From Pseudomonas aeruginosa (GTDB lineage Bacteria; Pseudomonadota; Gammaproteobacteria; Pseudomonadales; Pseudomonadaceae), in contig NZ_LN831024.1 of assembly GCF_001457615.1 (NCBI RefSeq), positions 2,400,001-2,432,000 on the forward strand: a stretch of 32,000 nucleotides of DNA, in the 5' to 3' direction. The translations under genes and the position numbers were made by a program. The notes under the pieces are model-generated. The model made no database searches, had not been told where the DNA came from, and saw nothing but the letters and a program-made list of their open reading frames with translations. Of this stretch, positions 22,471 through 31,012 are shown piece after piece (within the stretch, counting starts at the first letter, position 1; each line of letters opens with the position of its first letter).

Positions 22471-23157
22471 TCAGCCGAGCAGGGCGGCCACCTGCTCGGC
22501 CGTGGCCTTGGCCGACTGCGGGTTCTGCCCGGTGACCAGGCGGCCGTCGACCACCACCTTGCTGGTGAACGGCAGCAGGCTTCTTTCGTAGAGCGCGCCG
22601 CGTCGTTTCATTTCTTCCTCGACGTTGTACGGCACCTTGCGGGCGACCCCGGCGAGCACTTCCTCGATCCAGGAGTAGCCGGTGAGGCGGCGCCCGGCGA
22701 CCAGCAGGCGGCCATCGTCCAGGCGTGTGTTGAGCAGGCCGCAATAGCCGTGGCAGACCGACGAGACGATGCCGCCGCGCTGGTAGATCTCGCGGGTCAG
22801 GCGCTGCAGCCCGGCGTCGTCGGGGAAGTCCCACATCACGCCGTGGCCGCCGGTGAAATAGATGGCGTCGAACGCCTCCGCGTCGACCTGCTCGGGAGCG
22901 GCGGTGTCGGCCAGCAGCGCCAGGCGCGCCTCGTCGGCCAGCCAGGCCTTGGCGCTGGCGTCGGCGTGGGGCCAGCCGAGGGCGCGCGGCTCCAGCGGCG
23001 ACTCGCCGCCGCGGGGGCTGACCAGGCGCTGCTGGTAGCCCCGAGCGGCGAAGATCTCGTAGGCATGGGTCAACTCCGACAGCCACAGCCCGGTGGGCTG
23101 GGTCGGATCGGCATAGTGGGCGACGTTGGTGACGACGTGCAGGATGCGCTTGGTCAT
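22471..23157 (-). CDS. DJ-1/PfpI-family (class I glutamine amidotransferase-like) protein
   Basis: YFTGGHGVMWDF...SSVCHGYCGL carries the nucleophile-elbow Cys-His of DJ-1/PfpI/HchA-like proteins. SD GAGGAAGG lies upstream. Confidence 0.8.
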   Translation of the reverse strand: MTKRILHVVTNVAHYADPTQPTGLWLSELTHAYEIFAARGYQQRLVSPRGGESPLEPRALGWPHADASAKAWLADEARLALLADTAAPEQVDAEAFDAIYFTGGHGVMWDFPDDAGLQRLTREIYQRGGIVSSVCHGYCGLLNTRLDDGRLLVAGRRLTGYSWIEEVLAGVARKVPYNVEEEMKRRGALYERSLLPFTSKVVVDGRLVTGQNPQSAKATAEQVAALLG

Positions 23158-23229
23158 TGCGTTGACCTTCCTCGGTGAGTGATCCCGTCGGCAGCCGGTT
23201 TCGGCAGGCTGTCCGGGTGGGTTGGCGTC

Positions 23230-23260
23230 ACTCTAAGATTCAAGTCGACTTCAAGGTCAA
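23230..23260 (-). promoter_or_regulatory. MerR-type promoter/operator (19-bp spacer) upstream of the DJ-1/PfpI gene
   Basis: Minus strand TTGACC-ttgaagtcgacttgaatct-TAGAGT. The spacer contains the palindrome-like CTTGAAGTCGACTTGAAT. The -35 overlaps the merR-like stop codon (23257-23259). Confidence 0.6.
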
Positions 23261-23745
23261 GCGTCGGAAAGCCGCTGCTCCGCCGGCGTGGTAGAGGACC
23301 CCCGCGAGCGGGTTTGCCGTGGACGCCCGACCGTCTGTGGAGGGCCTTCCTCGCGCAGGCGCTCCAGCACGCGCTGGGTGTTTTCCGTGCACTGCAGACC
23401 GTCCGGCTTGTTCTCGATGCTTTCGATGGCCACCAGCAATTGTGCCTTGTTCTGTTCCAGGCGTCGTTGCAGGGCCTCGATCTCGGCCACCTTGCGGCGC
23501 AAGCCTTCGAGCAGCTCGCCGTGCTGCCAGGCGCCGTCGCCGCTCGGCAGCAGGCGAGCGATCTCCTCCAGGGAGAAGCCGGCGCCCTGGGCGCCGGTGA
23601 CCAGCTCCAGGATCCACACGGTGTCTGCCGCATAGTCGCGGTAGCCGTTGGCCTTGCGCTGCGAGCGGATCAGGCCGCTGGCCTCGTAGAAGCGGATGCG
23701 CGATGTCGCCAGGCCGGTGAGCTTGGCCAGTTCGCCGATTTTCAT
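23257..23745 (-). CDS. MerR-family transcriptional regulator
   Basis: MKIGELAKLTGLATSRIRFYEASGLI...NGYRDY is the canonical MerR HTH. A coiled-coil dimerisation helix follows (LRRKVAEIEALQRRLEQNKAQL). Confidence 0.9.
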   Translation of the reverse strand: MKIGELAKLTGLATSRIRFYEASGLIRSQRKANGYRDYAADTVWILELVTGAQGAGFSLEEIARLLPSGDGAWQHGELLEGLRRKVAEIEALQRRLEQNKAQLLVAIESIENKPDGLQCTENTQRVLERLREEGPPQTVGRPRQTRSRGSSTTPAEQRLSDA

Positions 23746-23763
23746 GTCGCACCTCGAAACGCG

Positions 23764-23794
23764 TTGACCTTCAAGCCTACTTCAAGTCTAGGGT
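23764..23794 (+). promoter_or_regulatory. MerR-type promoter/operator (19-bp spacer) upstream of the hydrolase gene, divergent from merR-like
   Basis: TTGACC-ttcaagcctacttcaagtc-TAGGGT is a degenerate copy of the box found at 23230-23260 and 24877-24907. Confidence 0.55.
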
Positions 23795-23977
23795 GGTTTC
23801 ACGGCCGGGCGACGAACTCGCCTCCATCGACGGGTTCGCCAGGCCGCATGGGCGCTACCGCCGGTCGCGTTTTCCTCGTCCAGGCGGCGCAACGCAGGCG
23901 GCTTTCTACTCTACACAGGGGACGGCGGCCGCAGGGTGGCGCCGTTGCCTGCATCCACACCGATCGGGAGAAGCGAC

Positions 23978-24808
23978 ATGGGTTACGTGACAACGAAGGA
24001 TGGCGTCGAACTCTTCTACAAGGACTGGGGGCCGCGCGACGCCCAGGTGATCTACTTCCATCATGGCTGGCCACTGAGTTCCGACGACTGGGATGCGCAG
24101 ATGCTGTTCTTCCTCGCCGAGGGCTTTCGCGTAGTGGCCCACGATCGCCGTGGCCACGGTCGCTCCAGCCAGGTCTGGGACGGCCATGACATGGACCACT
24201 ACGCCGACGACGTGGCGGCGGTGGTCGAGCGCCTCGGGGTGCGCGGGGCGATCCATGTCGGCCATTCCACCGGCGGCGGCGAGGTCGTCCACTACATCGC
24301 CCGCTATCCCGACGACCCGGTGCCGAAGGCGGCGATCATCAGCGCGGTACCGCCGCTGATGGTGAAGACCGAGGGCAATCCGGGCGGCCTGCCGAAGAGC
24401 GTCTTCGACGATCTCCAGGCGCAGCTCGCGGCCAATCGCGCGCAGTTCTACCAGGACATTCCCGCCGGCCCGTTCTATGGCTACAACCGTCCCGGGGCGC
24501 AGCCCTCGGAAGGGATCGTCCGCAACTGGTGGCGGCAGGGCATGATGGGCGGCGCCAAGGCCCACTACGATGGGATCGTGGCCTTTTCCCAGACCGATTT
24601 CAGCGATGACCTGAAGCGCATCGACATCCCGGTGCTGGTGATGCATGGCGACGACGACCAGATCGTGCCCTACGAGAATTCCGGCGTACTCTCGGCGAAG
24701 CTACTGCGCAACGGCACGCTGAAGATCTATCCGGGGTTCCCGCACGGCATGCCGACCACCCAGGCCGAGGTGATCAACGCCGACCTGCTGGCCTTCATCC
24801 GCGGCTGA
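23978..24808 (+). CDS. cpo: Alpha/beta hydrolase, non-haem chloroperoxidase / arylesterase type
   Basis: MGYVTTKDGVELFYKDWGP...FHHGWPLSSDDWD...GHSTGGGE (GxSxG nucleophile)...VMHGDDDQIVP...FPHGM. ATG 23978 is preceded by GGGAGAAG. Confidence 0.85.
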   Translation: MGYVTTKDGVELFYKDWGPRDAQVIYFHHGWPLSSDDWDAQMLFFLAEGFRVVAHDRRGHGRSSQVWDGHDMDHYADDVAAVVERLGVRGAIHVGHSTGGGEVVHYIARYPDDPVPKAAIISAVPPLMVKTEGNPGGLPKSVFDDLQAQLAANRAQFYQDIPAGPFYGYNRPGAQPSEGIVRNWWRQGMMGGAKAHYDGIVAFSQTDFSDDLKRIDIPVLVMHGDDDQIVPYENSGVLSAKLLRNGTLKIYPGFPHGMPTTQAEVINADLLAFIRG

Positions 24809-24813
24809 GCGCG

Positions 24814-24845
24814 CCGGGTGCCGGGGGCGCGCTCCCGGCACCCGG
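24814..24845 (+). terminator. Perfect 12-bp GC-rich hairpin 3' of the hydrolase gene (terminator candidate, no U-tract)
   Basis: CCGGGTGCCGGG (24814-24825) pairs with CCCGGCACCCGG (24834-24845) across an 8-nt loop, starting 6 nt after the stop. Confidence 0.4.
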
Positions 24846-24876
24846 TCAGGGCCCGGGCGGCGCGGCAAAAAAAGCG

Positions 24877-24907
24877 TTGACCTTGAAGTCGACTTCAATC
24901 TTATCGT
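24877..24907 (+). promoter_or_regulatory. MerR-type promoter/operator (19-bp spacer) upstream of the OYE-family gene
   Basis: TTGACC-ttgaagtcgacttcaatct-TATCGT. The spacer contains the perfect palindrome TTGAAGTCGACTTCAA. Confidence 0.6.
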
Positions 24908-24935
24908 CGGGCCACTGTCCCCATGAGGTAGGCCC

Positions 24936-26170
24936 ATGAACCTGTTCGACACGCTGACGCTTCCCAACGGCTCGACCATTCCCAATCGCCTCGCCAAGGC
25001 CGCCATGGAGGAGAACATGGCCGATGCCGCGCAGGCCCCTCCGAACGCCTGATGCGCCTCTACCAGGCCTGGGCCGACGGCGGCGCCGGGCTGCTGATCA
25101 GCGGTAACGTGATGGTCGACAGCCGTGCCATGACCGGCCCCGGCGGGGTGGTCCTGGAAAACGACGCGCAACTGGAGAAATTCCGCCGCTGGGCGCGCAT
25201 CGGGCGTTCCGCCGGCGCGCAGTTCTGGTTGCAGATCAACCATCCCGGCCGGCAGATGCAGGCCAATCTCGGCCAGCAGGCCTGGGCACCCTCGGCGGTG
25301 CCGCTGGAACTGGGCGGGATGTCCAGGCACTTCGCTACGCCGAAGGCGATGGATGAGGCGATGATCGCCGAGGTGATCCAGCGGTTCGCCCGCAGCGCCG
25401 GCCTGGCCGAGCGGGCCGGCTTCAGCGGGGTGGAGATCCATGCCGCCCACGGTTACCTGCTCAGCCAGTTCCTCTCGCCGCTGAGCAACCGCCGCAGCGA
25501 CGCCTGGGGCGGCTCCCTGGAGAATCGCGCGCGCCTGCTGCTGGAGATCGTCCGGGCGGTGCGCGCCGAGGTTGCCCCTGGCTTCGCGGTGGCGGTGAAG
25601 CTGAATTCCGCCGATTTCCAGCGCGGCGGCTTCAGCGCCGACGATGCCCGCGAGGTGGTACGGATGCTCGATGGCCTGGGCATCGACCTGGTCGAGCTGT
25701 CGGGCGGCAGCTACGAGGCGCCGGCCATGCAGGGCGAAGCGCGCGACGGGCGGACCCTGGCCCGCGAGGCCTACTTCGTCGAGTTCGCCCGCGACATCCG
25801 CGCGGCGGCGCGGATGCCGGTAATGGTCACGGGCGGCATCCGCCGGCGGCCGGTGGCCGAGCAGGTGCTGGCCAGCGGGGTGGACATGGTCGGCATCGGC
25901 ACGGCGCTGGCGATCGAGCCGAACCTGCCGCGCGACTGGCGCGCCGGCAAGGACTCGGCGCCGCAGTTGCGGCCGATAACCTGGAGGAACAAACCCCTGG
26001 CCTCGCTGGCGAACATGGCCGCGGTGAAGTTCCAGTTGCGCAAGCTGAGCCGGGGCAGGGCGACCAACCCACGGGTGTCGCCGCTGTGCGCGTTGCTCGC
26101 GCAGCAGGCCGGCGCGCTCCTGCAGACCCGCCGTTACCGGCGGCTCATGCGTTCGCGCGCCGAAGCCTGA
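24936..26170 (+). pseudogene. NADH:flavin oxidoreductase (Old Yellow Enzyme / 2,4-dienoyl-CoA-reductase-like family) interrupted by a 1-nt frameshift
   Basis: ATG 24936 (SD GAGGTAGG) encodes MNLFDTLTLPNGSTIPNRLAKAAMEENMADAAQAP, then TGA at 25050-25052. The rest (PSERLMRLYQAWADGGAGLLISGNVMVD...HAAHGYLLSQFLSP...) continues in another frame to 26170. One extra C in the run 25036-25039 would fuse the two parts. Confidence 0.7.
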
Positions 26171-26184
26171 GCACCGTCAGCGCC

Positions 26185-26523
26185 TCAGGCGCCGTTGCGG
26201 TCGAGTTCGGCCAGCTTGCCCGGCAGGCCGAACCAGGCGTCGTGGTCGTCGGGCGCCGGCTTCTTGCGGGTGATCTGCGTCCAGTTGGGATGCGCGGCGA
26301 GTTCGCCGTTGAGGGCGATGAACTGCCGTTGCCCGAGCGGCACCTCGTCCTCGGCGCGAATCGCGGCGACCGGGCATTCCGGCTCGCAGAGCGCGCAGTC
26401 GATGCATTCATCGGGGTGGATGACGAGGAAGTTGGGGCCTTCGTAGAAGCAGTCCACGGGACAGACTTCCACGCAGTCGGTGTGTTTGCAGCGGATGCAT
26501 TCTTCCAGCACGACGAAGGTCAT
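26185..26523 (-). CDS. 7Fe-type (Azotobacter FdI-like) ferredoxin
   Basis: [51 protein letters not shown] is the classic [3Fe-4S][4Fe-4S] ferredoxin Cys pattern. SD GGGAGGA. The start is 16 nt after the upstream stop. Confidence 0.9.
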   Translation of the reverse strand: MTFVVLEECIRCKHTDCVEVCPVDCFYEGPNFLVIHPDECIDCALCEPECPVAAIRAEDEVPLGQRQFIALNGELAAHPNWTQITRKKPAPDDHDAWFGLPGKLAELDRNGA

Positions 26524-26539
26524 GATCGTCCTCCCTGGC

Positions 26540-28849
26540 TCAGGCGTTCGTAGCGGCGGGCGTCGCCAGCCGTTCCAGGCGCGCCGGCACGTACTTGTGC
26601 CAGGGCGTGCCGGCGAGGAAGTCGCGCTGGGTGCAGTCGGTCACCTCGTTGGGCGCCACGCCCCGGCGCACCACCTCGCCCTCGGCGTTGCGGTAGTCCA
26701 GGCCCTGGCCGTTGGGCAGGGAGATATTGCCCGGCTGCATCATGTCGCTGATCTCCACTTCCGCCTCGACCTCGCCGCGGCGGGTCACCACGCGCAGCAC
26801 CTCGCCGTCGGCGCAGCCCAGCGCCTCGGCGTCCTGCGGGCTGATGCGCAGGGTGCCGTAGCGCCCGCGGCGGTGCCAGCCGGTGTCGCGCACGGCGGTA
26901 TTGCTGGTGTCGCTGCGCCGCTCGCCGGCGGCGAGGATGAACGGGTAGGCCGGATCGTGGGGTGGCGCGCTGTGGGCGAGCTTGGCCAGTTCCGGCAACA
27001 GTTCGGGGATGTGCAGGTTGATCCGCTGTTCGGGACGGGCGACGGCCTGCCAGCTTTCGGCGTAGGTGGTTTCGGCGAAGACCACCCCGGACGGGTTGTC
27101 GAGCATGGCCTGGAACAGGCGGTCGGCGGCCAGCGGCGGCAACCCGTCGAAGCCGGCGCGGGCAGCGGTCTTGCGGTTGTTCAGCACGTGCAGTTGGCAG
27201 ATGCCCCAGATCGCCGCGGCCGCTTCCATGCCGGCGGGCAGGGTCGGGCCGAGGGTACGGTAGAGCAGGACCGGCGCGTATTTCATGACCTTGGGGCGGG
27301 TCGCCGCGGCGGCGAGGAAAGCCGCCGAGAATGCCTTGCGCCCGAGCTTCAGGGCCAGGCGCAACGGCCGGTAGTCTTTCTCGCCGAGCACGCCCATGGC
27401 TTCCAGCAGGCGGGCGTGGATCTCCGCTTCCGGCAGGGTGCCGGGGCGCGCCGGGAACAGCGGCGCGCGCAGGTGGAAGGCGTTGCGCGGGAATTCCAGG
27501 TTGAAGAAGGTCGCCTCGGCCTTTTCGAACTGGCTTGCCGCCGGCAGCACGTAGTCGGCGTGGCGCGCGGTCTCGGTCATGGCCACGTCGATCACCACCG
27601 ACAACTCCAGGACGCGCATGGCTTCGCGCATGCGCTGGCTATCGGCCAGCGAATGCAGCGGGTTGCCGGTCTCCACCAGCATGGCGCGATAGCGCTTGGG
27701 ATGGTCGGTGAGGATTTCCTCTGGAATCACGTTGCAGGGAATCAGGCCGATGATGATCTTGGCATTGGCCACCGGGCTGCGCTTCTCGACGCGTGGCGCG
27801 CCCCTCTTGCCCATCGAGGTATCGCCCTTGCTGGCCTTGGACAGCGAGAGGAAGGGCACGAAGGCGTTGCTGGTGCCGGGGCGCCCGTAATGGCCGGTGA
27901 GTAACCAGACCAGGCGTTGCAGGTAGCTGCCGAGGGTCGAGTGCAGGTTCATCTGCATGCCCAGGTCTTCCAGCGCCGATACGCTGCTGGCGCTGGCGAT
28001 CCGCCGGGCGGCGGCGCGCAGCTTGTCTTCCGCCACCCCGCAGGTCTCGGCGCAGTAGGCCACCGGGATGGCGTTCAGTTCGTCGACGATGTGCTCGTAG
28101 CCGCTGGTGTGTTCGGCCAGCCAGTCGCGCGCCAGCAGCCCGTCCTGGACGATGATCCCGACCAGCGCCGCCAGGCACCAGGCGTCGGTGCCCGGACGGA
28201 TCTGCAGGTGGAAGTCGGCCAGGGCGGCGGTTTCGCTCAGGCGCGGGTCGATCACGATGATCGAGCGTGCGGGGTCCTTGGCCATGGCGTTGAGCAGCAC
28301 GCGGGCGCGGGCGAAACCATGGGATTGCCAGGGATTCTTGCCGATCAGGATGGCCACCTCGCAATGCTCGAAGTCGCCGTGCACGCCGGTACCGAACATC
28401 TTGCCCTGGACCCAGAACTCGCCGGTCTTTTCCTGGGCCAGGGCGTTGGAGCGGTACTTCACCCCGAGGGCCTTCAGCGTGCTGTCGCCGTAGGCGCCGC
28501 CGAGGTGGTTGCCCTGCGCGCCGCCGCCGTAGTAGAGGATGCTTTCGCCGCCATGCCTGCGCTTGATGGCGAGGAATTTCTCCGCCACCTCGCGGATCGC
28601 CGTGTCCCAGTCGATGGCTTCGTAGCTGCCATCGGGGCGCCGACGCATCGGCGTGTCCAGGCGGTCGGCGCCGTTCTGGTAGTAGTCCATGCGCTGCGAT
28701 TTCTCGCAGACGTAGCCCTGCGAGGCGGGGTGGTCGTCATCGCCGCGGATCTTGCTGATGCGGCCATTCTCGGTCTGCACTTCCAGCCCGCAGTTGAGGC
28801 TGCAGAGGATACAGGCGGTCTTCTTCCATTGCGGGGACGGCGTAGTCAC
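26540..28849 (-). CDS. Molybdopterin (bis-MGD) oxidoreductase family protein
   Basis: It has the N-terminal 4Fe-4S Mo/W-bis-MGD motif CILCSLNCG...GYVCEK and then a long molybdopterin oxidoreductase body. The start is taken at GTG 28849 ([10 protein letters not shown]) behind GAGGAA. The listed ATG 28966 adds an implausible Arg/Pro-rich leader. Confidence 0.8.
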   Translation of the reverse strand: MTTPSPQWKKTACILCSLNCGLEVQTENGRISKIRGDDDHPASQGYVCEKSQRMDYYQNGADRLDTPMRRRPDGSYEAIDWDTAIREVAEKFLAIKRRHGGESILYYGGGAQGNHLGGAYGDSTLKALGVKYRSNALAQEKTGEFWVQGKMFGTGVHGDFEHCEVAILIGKNPWQSHGFARARVLLNAMAKDPARSIIVIDPRLSETAALADFHLQIRPGTDAWCLAALVGIIVQDGLLARDWLAEHTSGYEHIVDELNAIPVAYCAETCGVAEDKLRAAARRIASASSVSALEDLGMQMNLHSTLGSYLQRLVWLLTGHYGRPGTSNAFVPFLSLSKASKGDTSMGKRGAPRVEKRSPVANAKIIIGLIPCNVIPEEILTDHPKRYRAMLVETGNPLHSLADSQRMREAMRVLELSVVIDVAMTETARHADYVLPAASQFEKAEATFFNLEFPRNAFHLRAPLFPARPGTLPEAEIHARLLEAMGVLGEKDYRPLRLALKLGRKAFSAAFLAAAATRPKVMKYAPVLLYRTLGPTLPAGMEAAAAIWGICQLHVLNNRKTAARAGFDGLPPLAADRLFQAMLDNPSGVVFAETTYAESWQAVARPEQRINLHIPELLPELAKLAHSAPPHDPAYPFILAAGERRSDTSNTAVRDTGWHRRGRYGTLRISPQDAEALGCADGEVLRVVTRRGEVEAEVEISDMMQPGNISLPNGQGLDYRNAEGEVVRRGVAPNEVTDCTQRDFLAGTPWHKYVPARLERLATPAATNA

Positions 28850-29015
28850 GGTGTGTTCCTCGTTGTTGTCGTTGCCGGCGCAACCTGGGGCGCACCCCAG
28901 CCGTGCGGGCTTCGTTCTTTCGGGACTGCCTGACGCTGTGCTGCAAGGACGACGCGCGGGCGGCACACGGAACCCCGTCGTATCGGCCTTTCCCTCTCAT
29001 GCTCGACGCTTCTAC

Positions 29016-29032
29016 AGTTCCGAATCGGAACT
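29016..29032. promoter_or_regulatory. Palindromic operator candidate AGTTCCGA-A-TCGGAACT
   Basis: This is a perfect 8-1-8 inverted repeat in the divergent intergenic region, on the oxidoreductase-operon side. Confidence 0.5.
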
Positions 29033-29129
29033 TATTACGCGGGCGCTGATATGGGACCCGTCCGTAGTGCTGGTTTGTCCGATCCTGGCAGGAGCGCGCC
29101 GGGTCCATGACCTTTTCGGCCGGATACTA

Positions 29130-29146
29130 AGTTCCAATTTGGAACT
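29130..29146. promoter_or_regulatory. Palindromic operator candidate AGTTCCAA-T-TTGGAACT
   Basis: This is a perfect 8-1-8 inverted repeat ~57 nt upstream of the HxlR-family start. It has the same AGTTCC-N5-GGAACT arms as 29016-29032. Confidence 0.5.
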
Positions 29147-29202
29147 GGTCAAGCTCCGAAGCGGCCCCCTAGAATGGACGGAGGTTTTTCCGGGAGAACC
29201 CC

Positions 29203-29682
29203 ATGAAATGGCAAGAAGTCGGCGAAACGCCCTGTTCGATGGCGCGCAGCCTGGCGATCCTCGGCGATCGCTGGACGCTGCTGATCCTGCGCAACTGCTT
29301 TCTCGGCATGCGCCGCTTCGATGAGTTCCAGGCCAGCCTCGGGGTCACCCGCCAGGTACTGGCCGACCGCCTGAGCCGGCTGGTGGAGGCGGGCGCGCTG
29401 AAGAAGGTGCCTTACCAGGAGCGACCGCCGCGCTACGAATACCGCCTCACCGAGATGGGCCACGACCTGCATCCGGTGCTGCTGGCCCTGGCCAATTGGG
29501 GCGACCGCTGGCTCGACGAGGGCCGCGGCGCTCCGGTGGAGTATGTGCACAAGGCCTGTGGCCACAAGTTCCGGCCGACCATGGTCTGCCCGGAGTGCGG
29601 CGAGCCGGTGGGGTCGCGCGATGTGACGGCGGTGCCGGGGCCGGGGTTCGCGGCGATGGCTGGCAAGCTCGCGCAGAACTGA
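29203..29682 (+). CDS. HxlR-family (winged-helix) transcriptional regulator with C-terminal Zn-ribbon-like extension
   Basis: CSMARSLAILGDRWTLLILRNCFLGMRRFDEFQASLGVTRQVLADRLSRLVEAGAL...YEYRLTEMG is canonical HxlR. The C-terminus has HKACGH...CPECG. SD GGGAGAA. Confidence 0.9.
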   Translation: MKWQEVGETPCSMARSLAILGDRWTLLILRNCFLGMRRFDEFQASLGVTRQVLADRLSRLVEAGALKKVPYQERPPRYEYRLTEMGHDLHPVLLALANWGDRWLDEGRGAPVEYVHKACGHKFRPTMVCPECGEPVGSRDVTAVPGPGFAAMAGKLAQN

Positions 29683-29729
29683 ATCCGCGCGCGCTCTGCC
29701 AAGGGCGGGCCGCGACCCGCTCGGTTCGC

Positions 29730-30593
29730 TCAGCCGGCCTTGCGGAAGACGAACATCAGCCCCACCACGATCAGCCCCATGCCCAGCAGGCTGAGCCAGC
29801 CGAGGCGGTTGCCGAAGACCATGAAGTCCATGATCGCGGTCACCGCCGGCACCAGGTAGAACAGGCTGGTGACGTTGACCAGGTTGCCCTGGGCGATCAG
29901 CCGGTAGAGCAGCAGGGTCGCGCCCACCGAGACCACGACGCCCATCCATAGCGCGGGGACCAGGAAGCCGGCGTTCCATTCGAACTCGAACGGCTGGAAG
30001 GGCACGAACGCCAGGCACAGGCCGAGGCCGGCGAGGTACTGCAGGGGCAGGGTGCCCAGCGGGTTCTCGCGGATGCCCTTCTGCATGATCGAGCCGCCGG
30101 TGACGCCGGCCAGCGCCAGCAGTGCGCAGAGGATGCCGGCCGTGGACATCCCGGCCAGGCCGATGCCCTGGTAGACCACCAGCACCAGGCCGGCCAGGCC
30201 CAGCAGCAGGCCGAACAGGCGCGCCGGCGACTGCCGGCGTTCGAGGATGACGGCGGTGAGGATCGGTTGCACGCCGAGGATGGTCGCCATCATGCCGGGA
30301 GTGACCTGCAGCTTCAGCGAGAAGATATAGAAGATCGGATAGATCCCCAGCATCACCAGGCCGGTGAGCAGGGCCTTGCCGCGCTCACGCGCGCTGCGCG
30401 GCGCGCGCAGCCTGAGCAGCGGGGCGAGCGGCAGCAGGCAGGCCAGGGCGATGCCGAAGCGGAACACCAGGAAGGCGAACGGCGAGGAGTGCGCCAGGCC
30501 CCATTTCGAGGCGATGGCCCCGCTGCTCCAGAGCAGGACGAAGAGGCTGGTGCTGGCCAGGCCGGCTAGCGCGGATTTGTTCAGTGCAAACAT
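29730..30593 (-). CDS. DMT-superfamily (EamA-like) transporter
   Basis: The 287-aa product is highly hydrophobic with ~10 predicted TM segments and EamA-like repeats. ATG 30593 is preceded by AAGGTGG. Confidence 0.8.
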   Translation of the reverse strand: MFALNKSALAGLASTSLFVLLWSSGAIASKWGLAHSSPFAFLVFRFGIALACLLPLAPLLRLRAPRSARERGKALLTGLVMLGIYPIFYIFSLKLQVTPGMMATILGVQPILTAVILERRQSPARLFGLLLGLAGLVLVVYQGIGLAGMSTAGILCALLALAGVTGGSIMQKGIRENPLGTLPLQYLAGLGLCLAFVPFQPFEFEWNAGFLVPALWMGVVVSVGATLLLYRLIAQGNLVNVTSLFYLVPAVTAIMDFMVFGNRLGWLSLLGMGLIVVGLMFVFRKAG

Positions 30594-30972
30594 GGATCTG
30601 CCACCTTGTAGTCGGGCATGCCGCGGGCTCGGGCCGGCGGCGGACGGCACGCCTCGGCAGCGGATGGCGCTGCTTGCGGCGGGCTGTGGAAGAGAGTTGG
30701 GGCGCTACCGCGCTCGTCAGGGACTGACGCCCGGCGGCGGGCAGGCGGCCGAACCGGGAGGGGGAGGCGGAGGCGAGGCGACTACAGGAGGGGAAACGCA
30801 GCCCAGGCTGGCGCACGGCTGGAGCGCGCCGACCTCGCCGGTGGCTACCGGAAGGGCGGGGAGCGAGCTGTGCGAGCGCTGGTTCATGGAGGCTATCCGG
30901 TCGATGAAGACAACGAGAGGGACTATAGCGGGCCGTCCGGGATTTGACGAGCCTGTGGGCGAGCCTTGCGCT

Positions 30973-31011
30973 AAAACGCCAGCCCGGCGACAAACCGGGC
31001 CGGCGCCGGGC
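30973..31011 (-). terminator. Rho-independent terminator of the polyamine-binding protein gene
   Basis: Minus strand GCCCGGCG-14 nt-CGCCGGGC (31004-31011 / 30982-30989) is followed by ...GCGUUUU (plus-strand AAAA at 30973-30976). It begins 2 nt after the stop. Confidence 0.55.
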
Positions 31012-31012
31012 T

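Noticed and set aside
28850-28966. ATG 28966 as start of the molybdopterin oxidoreductase
   Set aside because: It adds MPPARRPCSTASGSPERTKPARLG..., an implausible leader with no Tat RRxF motif context. GTG 28849 has a GAGGAA SD and lies 11 codons before the 4Fe-4S Cys motif.
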